In this document: piece after piece, positions 9,677 to 17,192 of the stretch
How the letters are laid out: every line of letters starts with the position of its first letter
Numbering within the stretch: position 1 is the stretch's first letter
DNA from: Raphidiopsis brookii D9
Lineage (GTDB): Bacteria; Cyanobacteriota; Cyanobacteriia; Cyanobacteriales; Nostocaceae
Assembly: GCA_000175855.1 (NCBI GenBank)
Contig: ACYB01000047.1
Location: forward strand, 60,001-92,000
Direction of reading: 5' to 3'
DNA: 32,000 bases
The notes under the pieces: model-generated
The model's database searches: none
What the model was told of the DNA's origin: nothing
Seen by the model: only the letters and a program-made list of their open reading frames with translations
Program-made: the position numbers and the translations under genes

Positions 9677-9868
9677 ATGATTAAACTGGATCAGTTTTTA
9701 AAATTTCTAGGCATTGTCTCCACCGGTGGTCAAGCCAAAATCATGATTGTTAATGGTGAGGTGAAAGTTAATGATATGATTGAAACTCGACGGGGGAGAA
9801 AATTACTAGTTGATGATATAGTAACTGTGACTGGGAAGACTTTTAAGGTAGGAGATATTATTTCCTAA
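9677..9868 (+). CDS. S4-domain RNA-binding protein (YbcJ-like)
   Basis: 63 aa reading MIKLDQFLKF...GGQAKIMIVNGEVKVNDMIETRRGRKL, which is typical of the small S4-like family. The start lies 2 nt after the glcD stop. Confidence 0.82.
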   Translation: MIKLDQFLKFLGIVSTGGQAKIMIVNGEVKVNDMIETRRGRKLLVDDIVTVTGKTFKVGDIIS

Positions 9869-9890
9869 CTGTTTTCCCAGAACACAATCA

Positions 9891-10193
9891 GTGATGATGC
9901 TGCAATTACTTATAACCGTAGATCCATCAAATATGAGATTAATCAAAAAATCTGAAAAGTTGCTTCTGGAACAGCTCAAGAACACGGAGGTGCAGGAAGA
10001 AAGTTCTGAACCTGATATTATAGATAATTTGGAACACCTACTTCCAGAAGCAGTCCTAATTGAAACCGATAGTTCTTACATCAATTACATTCCCCTGCGA
10101 GATAATCCCATAGTTTATTCTGTTGGTAATACGGGTTGGCAGGTTTCCGAAATTTGGAAAGAAATCAGATTGGATGATTTCTATCACAGTTAA
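9891..10193 (+). CDS. hypothetical protein (possibly the 5' part of a broken gene)
   Basis: 100-aa ORF with a GTG start and no motif I recognise. Its 3' end is overlapped by the open frame 10123..10359. Confidence 0.3.
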   Translation: MMMLQLLITVDPSNMRLIKKSEKLLLEQLKNTEVQEESSEPDIIDNLEHLLPEAVLIETDSSYINYIPLRDNPIVYSVGNTGWQVSEIWKEIRLDDFYHS

Positions 10194-10209
10194 GAAAAAC
10201 GGAGCAAGA

Positions 10210-10566
10210 ATGGCGATCGCCGTTATATCAACAGTTTTAGGATGGGTGTTAATTAAAGTCATAGGTATTGGTACAATAGACTGGTTTGTCTTGTCTGTAC
10301 ACAATTTATATAATCGTATTCTAATTAGTATGATTGATTCTGGTAACAGTCCTGTTTAGCCATTTCCCCAAAAATGTCCGTGGGTATTTGTGAATGCTAT
10401 TAACTGTATACTAGACTTTACTATTGGATATCTAATTGGTATCTTAACTTGTAAAAGCTCATTTTTAAGTGAAGTGTTTGGTTTTAGCATTGGATGGTTA
10501 ATAGTGGGAATTTTAACTAGTATTAGTGCGAACAGGTTTTTAAAAATAGATCAGGCCGAGTACTAG
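10210..10566 (+). pseudogene. hypothetical membrane protein reading frame interrupted by an in-frame TAG
   Basis: ATG 10210 reads MAIAVISTVLGWVLIKVIGIGTIDWFVL...SGNSPV to TAG 10357..10359. The same frame continues open as PFPQKCPWVFVNAINCILDFTIGYLIGILTCK...GWLIVGILTSISANRFLKIDQAEY to TAG 10564..10566. Both halves are hydrophobic. Confidence 0.35.
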
Positions 10567-10685
10567 TAAATCGTCAATCTTTTCCTTCTTGACTCCAATT
10601 TTTGATTAATAATCCGGGGATCTCTTGCATAATTCTTCACAATTTGTTACAAAAATATAAAGAACTTCTAGAGACCCAGAATCTA

Positions 10686-11483
10686 ATGTTAAGCGGACTT
10701 GCTGGTTTAACAGATCCCAAAGGTAGCGACTGGGGAGAGCGAATGCTCAATACAGTTGCCAGTCAAACGATTCGCCACTTATTTACCCAGAGCGAGTCAG
10801 TAGAAGTCCTTGTGCGTTGCTATCCTTCCAGCAAACTTTTGCAGGGGAGTATTGATAGTTTTAAGATGACTGGACAGAGCCTAGTTATTCGTAGAGACTT
10901 CGCTATAGAGGAAATGTGTTTCGAAACCGATGCTGTGTCTATTGACTTTAGCTCGGTTTTAAGTGGCAAACTTAAACTAAAACAACCAACACAAGCTGTG
11001 GCACAGGTAGTATTATCACAGACTGGTATCAATCATGCTTTCAAGGCTGAATTGGTGAAAAAGCGTTTAATAAACCTTTCTGAACCAGCTTTAATGGCAA
11101 TATCTAATGGTGAACCAGTTTCCTTTCCCGAAATTAAAATACAGTTATTACCTGAAAATCGCTTACATCTTATAGCTAAAGCTGACATTAACAATGGCGA
11201 ACTTGTACCATTAAGTATGACAATTAGTATCAGTATTGAAAAACGAAGACGGGTTTCTTTCAAAGATGCCAGATTCCAATTAGATGAAGTACCGGATCAA
11301 CAGCGAGACATTTCTCAAAGATTAGGCGCAGCTCTGGTCACAATTTTAGACGGGATGGTAGACCTAGACCGTTTTGATTTAGATGGGGTAAAAATGCGGT
11401 TAAATCGTTTAGAAACCCAAGGTGAAAAGTTAATTTTTAGTGGATATGCTGAAATAGACCACATTCCCCAAAGTGGATACTAA
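10686..11483 (+). CDS. DUF2993 (LmeA-like) domain protein
   Basis: The track ORF is 10602..11483 with a TTG start. ATG 10686 (MLSGLAGLTDPKGSDWGERML...) matches the usual N-terminus of this cyanobacterial family. The motif SSKLLQGSIDSFKMTG is characteristic. Confidence 0.78.
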   Translation: MLSGLAGLTDPKGSDWGERMLNTVASQTIRHLFTQSESVEVLVRCYPSSKLLQGSIDSFKMTGQSLVIRRDFAIEEMCFETDAVSIDFSSVLSGKLKLKQPTQAVAQVVLSQTGINHAFKAELVKKRLINLSEPALMAISNGEPVSFPEIKIQLLPENRLHLIAKADINNGELVPLSMTISISIEKRRRVSFKDARFQLDEVPDQQRDISQRLGAALVTILDGMVDLDRFDLDGVKMRLNRLETQGEKLIFSGYAEIDHIPQSGY

Positions 11484-11487
11484 AAGA

Positions 11488-11512
11488 ATAACCGACCATA
11501 GTGGTCGGTTAT
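11488..11512 (-). terminator. hairpin downstream of tRNA-Arg and of the DUF2993 gene (bidirectional terminator candidate)
   Basis: An 11-bp perfect stem (11488..11498 pairs with 11502..11512) surrounds the 3-nt loop TAG. Read on the minus strand it is followed by TCTTTTA. Confidence 0.5.
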
Positions 11513-11551
11513 CCTAGAAGTGGGAATGGTTGGCATTAGGCATACCCAAAA

Positions 11552-11625
11552 CGGGCGAGGAGGGATTCGAACCCCCGACACCGTGGTCCGTAGCCACGTG
11601 CTCTAGTCCACTGAGCTACACGCCC
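11552..11625 (-). tRNA. tRNA-Arg (anticodon ACG)
   Basis: The reverse complement folds as a cloverleaf: GGGCGTG-TA-GCTC-AGTGGACTA-GAGC-A-CGTGG-CTACGGA-CCACG-GTGTC-GGGGG-TTCGAAT-CCCTC-CTCGCCC-G. The anticodon loop is CT-ACG-GA. There is one U6:U67 mismatch in the acceptor stem, and CCA is not encoded. Confidence 0.93.
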
Positions 11626-11665
11626 TTAATCAATGAATATTATAGTAGCATACCCTTTGGAAATT

Positions 11666-12160
11666 ATGCAAGAGTTTTTACCAAAATCTTCTGATCTTTC
11701 TCACCTCACCACCCAAGGAGAGGTGCAAATGGTTGATATATCAGGAAAAATCCCCACGATTAGGGAAGCGATCGCAATGGCCAGGGTGCGGATGTTACCA
11801 GAAACTCTGGCTGTGATTGAAGCGGGAAATGCATCGAAAGGAGATGTGTTAGCTACCGCTAGGATAGCTGGCATTATGGCTGCTAAACAGACCCCAAATT
11901 TAATTCCTCTTTGTCATCCTTTACCTTTGCAAAAGGTCACAGTGGAGATTAGACCGGATGAGCAACTACCTGGGTATGAAATTTATGCCACAGTTAAAAC
12001 CAAGTCAGAAACTGGTGTAGAGATGGAAGCTCTCATGGCTGTTTCTGTAGCTGCTTTGACTTTATATGACATGGCTAAAGCTTTAGAAAAGTCTATTCAA
12101 ATCCAATCTATAGGTTTAGTGAGTAAAACGGGTGGTAAATCAGGTTCTTGGCAAAGTTGA
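11666..12160 (+). CDS. moaC: cyclic pyranopterin monophosphate synthase
   Basis: The track ORF starts at 11633. ATG 11666 ([26 protein letters not shown]...) fits the MoaC N-terminus better. Conserved LIPLCHPL and [20 protein letters not shown] motifs are present. Confidence 0.92.
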   Translation: MQEFLPKSSDLSHLTTQGEVQMVDISGKIPTIREAIAMARVRMLPETLAVIEAGNASKGDVLATARIAGIMAAKQTPNLIPLCHPLPLQKVTVEIRPDEQLPGYEIYATVKTKSETGVEMEALMAVSVAALTLYDMAKALEKSIQIQSIGLVSKTGGKSGSWQS

Positions 12161-12273
12161 TCCTCTAATTTTTAATAAATGATATTGAATTAGCATATTG
12201 AATTTTCTTGCTTGTTATATACTGGAGAGAAAACAGCCAAATTAATATCAAATAGAGTAGATACAAAGTAATT

Positions 12274-12600
12274 ATGAGTAAGCAAGTACAAACTCTCACC
12301 CTTACCAAAAATTTAAATTCTGAAAGTGCATTAGAATTTCAGAGAAATATTGCCAAAATTGTAGAGAGTAAAACCGAAGTGGTTTTAATTGATTGTCAAC
12401 ATGTTACCTTTCTAGACAGTCGCGGTTTAGGATATCTAGTTTTGGCCTTTAAAAATTTACAAAAAGCGGGCATTAAAATGGTACTCTGTTCCCTGAGTGA
12501 ACAAGTAAGAATGATATTTGAATTAACCAGTATTGATGAGATATTTGAAATATTTGCTACCCAGGATGACTTTCATCAAGAATTGGTGAATAAGACCTAA
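12274..12600 (+). CDS. STAS-domain anti-sigma-factor antagonist (RsbV/SpoIIAA-like)
   Basis: 108 aa. The FLDSRGLGYLV motif carries the phosphorylatable Ser of the DSxG box. The size is typical of single-domain STAS antagonists. Confidence 0.88.
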   Translation: MSKQVQTLTLTKNLNSESALEFQRNIAKIVESKTEVVLIDCQHVTFLDSRGLGYLVLAFKNLQKAGIKMVLCSLSEQVRMIFELTSIDEIFEIFATQDDFHQELVNKT

Positions 12601-13730
12601 TCAAATTTAATCTGGATGATGGCTAAGTCATCATCAAAAGCTTCTTTGGAGTTTAAATTAACCAAATATTTTATTACATATTCAAGTTGGGAGTTAGGTA
12701 GATTATGTGACCTAACTAATAATTGAACAAACTGCTCTAAACTCCAAAGAATTCCATCAAAATTAGTAATTTCATAAGCTCCATCACTGAAAATATAAAG
12801 ACTACTTAATTCTCCAATTTGACAAATTTTATCCACATATTTACCTTGGCAAAACATACCAATGGGCATACCCGGAGTTTTTAGAAGGGTTATATGAACA
12901 TTGGGAGATTTTGGTGACAGTAAAACTGCTGGTGGATGTCCTGCACTAGCATAGGTTAATTGTCGATTTATATGGTTATATACGCCATACCAAATTGTGA
13001 AGTACTTCTCGGTTTTATCATCAGTTTGAAAAGCATCATTTAAGGCTGATAATACCTGACTAGGTTGATAATAATTTACTCCTTTGAGTGCGCGAGAACG
13101 AAGTAAATTTAACACGGAAATTGCCGGGAGAGTGGCCCTAAGTCCATGACCAACAGCATCCAATAGATAAATTGCCAGGTGATCATCATCTAACCAATAA
13201 TAATCAAAACAATCTCCTCCTAATTTTCGAGAAGGTAAGAACGTATAATCAATATTCACTGGTTGATTAATAGGTAGTGGTAAAAGTGACTTAACATAGT
13301 CCGTAGCTTCTGACAGCTCTGTTTCTAACAATAGCTTTTGGATCTGTAAATCTCGATTTAACTGATGTAGACGTAGTCCAGCTCTAACCCTAGCTTGTAG
13401 TTCATTTTGTTCAATGGGTTTGGAGATAAAATCATCTGCTCCCGAGTCTAGTCCCTTAACCCGATCTGATACTGAATCTAAGGATGTTAATAAAATAAAA
13501 AATGTACTCGATAAATTTGGGTGATTTTTAATAAAATTGCAGACCTCTAAACCACTTAATTCAGGCATCATCCAATCACAAATAATCAGAGCGGGAGGAG
13601 AAGCAACAGCTTGTAAAATTCCCTCTCTCCCGTTACTGGTTGTGATAACTTGATAATGCTGTTTTTCTAAGATCCTTTTCAGAAGGATTTGGATTGAAGA
13701 ATCATCATCAATTACTAAAATTTGGAACAT
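12597..13730 (-). CDS. response-regulator receiver fused to a PP2C/SpoIIE-type phosphatase (RsbU-like)
   Basis: 377 aa. The REC domain shows VIDDD, the acceptor-like CDWMMP, and SKP. The PP2C part shows LGGDCFDYY, DAVGHG, FSDGAYE and a C-terminal DDDLAIIQI. Confidence 0.92.
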   Translation of the reverse strand: MFQILVIDDDSSIQILLKRILEKQHYQVITTSNGREGILQAVASPPALIICDWMMPELSGLEVCNFIKNHPNLSSTFFILLTSLDSVSDRVKGLDSGADDFISKPIEQNELQARVRAGLRLHQLNRDLQIQKLLLETELSEATDYVKSLLPLPINQPVNIDYTFLPSRKLGGDCFDYYWLDDDHLAIYLLDAVGHGLRATLPAISVLNLLRSRALKGVNYYQPSQVLSALNDAFQTDDKTEKYFTIWYGVYNHINRQLTYASAGHPPAVLLSPKSPNVHITLLKTPGMPIGMFCQGKYVDKICQIGELSSLYIFSDGAYEITNFDGILWSLEQFVQLLVRSHNLPNSQLEYVIKYLVNLNSKEAFDDDLAIIQIKFD

Positions 13731-13839
13731 AAAGTGAACATAAGGTTTAGAAGATTTACATCATCAGTATTCTATTTACATTATGTCCATAAATTAGGAA
13801 TGTAGAATGAAAAGCTGATAAAAACTTGAGCTATTTATG

Positions 13840-14624
13840 TTAATCCGATAAAGACTCCAGAGGGTTAAGCCAGAATAGCATTACTTTTTGTAGCTGATGT
13901 AAATCTCTATAAACTTCTTGTTTAAACCATTGGGCTATAGCATCTAGGGGAGTAAAGGAATTTCCTGATTGCCATTTAATGTCTTGACCTAAAGGAGTTG
14001 TATGGTTTCCGGAGAGAGTTTTACGGTAACCATTTGGGAAAAACGGTTTTTTAAAATTTTCGTTAACTCTACTGATTGATCTAAATTGTCATTGTGGAAT
14101 TTGATTAATAGGTTGCGTCGAATCTGATAGGATTCTTTGATAATTTGATTAGTTTCTGTGGGTGTGGGACTAAATTCAATCATTAAATCACTCATGAAGG
14201 TAGAATTTAGTTGCTCCACTAGAGGAATAGCATCTTTAGCAGTGTAGTTGTTAAAGGAAATCAGAATGTTACCCGCTCGCTCTACTGGAAAAAGACTGCC
14301 AATCAGTAATTGCAGCTTACAACCCATACTGTGCCCAACTCCATAAATTGGTAAGTATAATTTATGTAATTCCCCATAATAATGTAGACGTTCTAATGTC
14401 CTTTCAAATTTCAGTAGAACTGATTGGGCGATCGCCTGGTGATCTAGTCCATTGACAAATGGTGTAGCAATTATGACGTAACCTTTGTTAGCAAACTGCT
14501 CTAATAACCAACGGTAGGTCAAATGGGGTGCACTAGCAACAAATGCACCTCCCAAAAAATGAATGATTCCAACAGGGTGACGGGGAACAATTACCCAATT
14601 ACCTCTTATTTCCTTCCATTCCAT
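13840..14624 (-). pseudogene. DUF1350 family (alpha/beta-hydrolase-like) gene with a 1-nt frameshift near its 3' end
   Basis: The track ORF 13989..14624 (211 aa, MEWKEIRGNWV...GHSMGCKL...) ends ...VTVKLSPETIQLL*. A second frame, 14010 down to 13840, reads GNHTTPLGQDIKWQSGNSFTPLDAIAQWFKQEVYRDLHQLQKVMLFWLNPLESLSD*, which is the expected family C-terminus. The total length of 785 nt is one short of a multiple of 3. Confidence 0.75.
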
Positions 14625-14898
14625 ATAAATAATCTTCTATTGCTTAACATCCATAGCGATTTGTAATGCTTCATTTAGCAATCGGTCGTGTTCTGGGTAA
14701 GTTAGTTAGGTCTCGCAATTCTTTATGTGTAATTCGCAGACTCTTCAAATCGTCACGCACAAACCCTCCAACTCTACCAATTTAGGACTGATCAAATTAT
14801 TAATAACTCTTGTAGATTTGTCAATAAAACTGTGAACTGTGGTACATTAATTGTTGAGTTTTCAGTACCTAAACAGCAAAAACACTAACCGCAGGACC

Positions 14899-15216
14899 AT
14901 GATAATCATAGTCATAGTTTTCCTGACTAATATCGTGATTTCACTGATGCTAGTATACCTAGCTTGGCAAATGTGGCAACTTAAACACAAGTTAACCATA
15001 ATAGCCAATACTCTAGAAAGTAAGGAATCAGCTAGTTATGGGGTTCTAGCCAGAATAGGGGATAATATTAATGTAGAACGAGAACAAATTTATTATTGGA
15101 GACAAAAGCAGCAAATGCTAAAACAGCAACTTCAACAAGCTTGGCAAACCTTTCAACTGTTGAAACTTCTTACCACATCCGGTTGGAGATTATTAGCTCA
15201 GAAAGTGCAAAAATAG
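14899..15216 (+). CDS. hypothetical membrane-anchored coiled-coil protein
   Basis: The track ORF starts at TTG 14851. ATG 14899 is preceded by AGGA and gives MIIIVIVFLTNIVISLMLVYLAWQMW (a TM segment) followed by a Gln-rich helical tail. Confidence 0.5.
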   Translation: MIIIVIVFLTNIVISLMLVYLAWQMWQLKHKLTIIANTLESKESASYGVLARIGDNINVEREQIYYWRQKQQMLKQQLQQAWQTFQLLKLLTTSGWRLLAQKVQK

Positions 15217-15313
15217 CCCATTCAACCGTAAAAGAATTATACTGTTCCTATCCCTAGCTCAAGACTGGGAGTTTTTCGCAAGTTTCTGTTATAAAGAATT
15301 AAAATGTCTTAAA

Positions 15314-15673
15314 ATGTCTAATAATCGTTCCGGAATATTTATTGGTGGTGTAATGCTGGGAGCTACAATTGGAGCTTTAGCAGGCTTGCTTGTTGCACCC
15401 CGTACGGGCAAAGAAACCCGTAAGCTCTTAAAAAAATCTGCGGATGCTTTACCAGAATTGGCAGAGGATATATCCACCAGTGTGCAAATCCAAACAGATA
15501 AACTCTCCGCTAGTGTGGTTAGAAACTGGGATGACACCTTAGATAGGTTGCGAGATGCGATCGCATCGGGAGTGGAAGCTACACAAAGGGAAAGAGAGTC
15601 ATTAAAGAGAGTAAAATCTCATAACGCTGATGAAAATCCAGATCATCTCAACCAAAATCCAGAAAGTCTATAA
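15314..15673 (+). CDS. YtxH domain protein
   Basis: 119 aa. The N-terminus GIFIGGVMLGATIGALAGLLVAPRTGKETRKLL is the characteristic YtxH signature. Confidence 0.8.
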   Translation: MSNNRSGIFIGGVMLGATIGALAGLLVAPRTGKETRKLLKKSADALPELAEDISTSVQIQTDKLSASVVRNWDDTLDRLRDAIASGVEATQRERESLKRVKSHNADENPDHLNQNPESL

Positions 15674-15687
15674 ATTCTAGTGTCACC

Positions 15688-16095
15688 GTGATTGATCCTC
15701 TATTTTGGCTGGGACTATCTTTACTATTAGTAGCTACTAGTCTGAGTGTGGTATTAGTAGTAGCAATACCCGCTGTGCAAGAATTAGCACGAGCTTCGCG
15801 TAGTGCTGAAAAGTTCTTTGATACTCTTTCTCGGGAGCTACCCCCTACCCTAAAAGCTATCCGTAATACGAGTTTAGACATCACGGATTTAACTGAAGAT
15901 TTCAGTGATGGAATTAAAAGTGCGGGTCAAGTAGTTAGACAAGTAGATCAAGGTTTAAATACTGCTAAAAAACAGGCTGATAATGTGCAAATTGGCACTC
16001 GCAGTCTCTGGGTTGGTGTGAGAACTGCCTGGAAAACCTTTACCACTCAAGGATCTAATAAACGTAGCCTACAGGAAACCCGCACTAAATTATGA
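15688..16095 (+). CDS. DUF948-like membrane-anchored protein
   Basis: 135 aa with a GTG start. An N-terminal TM segment (LFWLGLSLLLVATSLSVVLVVAI) is followed by a helical region (AVQELARASRSAEKFFDTL...). It starts 14 nt after the YtxH gene. Confidence 0.7.
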   Translation: MIDPLFWLGLSLLLVATSLSVVLVVAIPAVQELARASRSAEKFFDTLSRELPPTLKAIRNTSLDITDLTEDFSDGIKSAGQVVRQVDQGLNTAKKQADNVQIGTRSLWVGVRTAWKTFTTQGSNKRSLQETRTKL

Positions 16096-16270
16096 CTCAT
16101 GACTGTACGTATCTACCCTATAAGTGGCAATTTTTAGGAATATTGGTTTTTGATGGTTTAGGGTGATCAGATTAGGGTAAAGTAAACAATTGTAAAGAAA
16201 TATCACTTTTCTCGTAATCTACAAATAGCACTTGTTTACCCTCACCTTTAATATTCGTATAGAAAATTCC

Positions 16271-17080
16271 ATGCAGCGTTCTTTTTGCCAAAAAATTCTA
16301 GTATCCATTGCAGTCTTTGTCTTTGGTGCATCCATTTGGGTGATGAACTCACCATTAGCTCTAGCATACGAAAATCCCGATTTGCTACCTGATACCTTTA
16401 CCCCAGTAGTTGACCTGGCGAAAACTTTACCCGATCCACAGGAAGAAAAGTTAGTAAAGGAATTAGAGCAGTTTGAGGTGGATACTGGCTGGAAGTTACG
16501 GGTATTGACTCAATATGACCGAACTCCAGGGAGAGCAGTAATTAAATACTGGGGACTAGATGATAAAAGTATTCTCCTAGTTGCAGATGCACGTGGTGGT
16601 AACATTCTGAGTTTTAGTGTGGGAGATGCAGTTTATGAGCTCTTACCGCGTACATTTTGGATTGAATTACAAACTCGTTTTGGCAACCTCTATTTTGTGA
16701 GGGAGAATGGTGAAGATCAGGCTATTTTACAAGCACTAAATTCGGTTAAAGGTTGTTTAGCTCAGGGGGGTTGTAATGTGGTTCCCGGATTACCCAAAGA
16801 GCAATGGATACTTACGCTCATTACCTCAGCCATTGGCGGGATAATTTGCGGATTTGCAGCCCAACCTCGCAATGATAAACAAGTGTTTGCTTGGCAATGG
16901 GCGTTAATTTTTTCACCCTTGTGGGGAATTTTGTTTATTGCTTTTGGTATCGCTCCTGTGATTACCCGTACCAGTGATTGGGTTCCCTTGGTCCGCAATA
17001 TTTCTGCCTTTTTGATAGGTCTGCTGGTGGCTTATCTTTCCCCCGTTTTTAGCCGTCCTGTTTCTAGGAATGAGTCTTAA
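16271..17080 (+). CDS. TPM-domain protein with C-terminal transmembrane region
   Basis: The track ORF starts at TTG 16232. ATG 16271 gives MQRSFCQKILVSIAVFVFGASIWV (signal or anchor). A TPM-like region follows (VVDLAKTLPDPQEEKLVKELEQFEVDTGWKLRVLT...ILLVADARGGN), then 3-4 hydrophobic helices. Confidence 0.78.
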   Translation: MQRSFCQKILVSIAVFVFGASIWVMNSPLALAYENPDLLPDTFTPVVDLAKTLPDPQEEKLVKELEQFEVDTGWKLRVLTQYDRTPGRAVIKYWGLDDKSILLVADARGGNILSFSVGDAVYELLPRTFWIELQTRFGNLYFVRENGEDQAILQALNSVKGCLAQGGCNVVPGLPKEQWILTLITSAIGGIICGFAAQPRNDKQVFAWQWALIFSPLWGILFIAFGIAPVITRTSDWVPLVRNISAFLIGLLVAYLSPVFSRPVSRNES

Positions 17081-17117
17081 ATTTGGGAATGGTGAAGTTG
17101 TTCATTTTTTCCTCACC

Positions 17118-17138
17118 CTGAATTTTGCCATAATTCAG
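17118..17138. terminator. weak AT-rich hairpin between convergent genes
   Basis: CTGAATT (17118..17124) pairs with AATTCAG (17132..17138) around a 7-nt loop, followed by TGTTTGTATT. The stem has low stability. Confidence 0.25.
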
Positions 17139-17192
17139 TGTTTGTATTAATGATTGAATTTCACCATGCCGCCTGTTTTTAAAAACTATAGT

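Noticed and set aside
11626-11665. Possible Moco riboswitch upstream of moaC
   Set aside because: Only about 40 nt separate the divergent tRNA-Arg gene from the moaC ATG. That is far too short for a Moco riboswitch aptamer.
13754-13781. ATTTACAT repeated twice with 20-nt spacing, upstream of the REC-PP2C gene
   Set aside because: It is an AT-rich 8-mer in AT-rich promoter DNA, so chance recurrence is plausible. There is no third copy or palindromic partner.
16158-16178. TTAGGGT duplicated 14 nt apart (telomere-like motif) upstream of the TPM gene
   Set aside because: There are only two 7-mers and no array. This is most likely coincidence.
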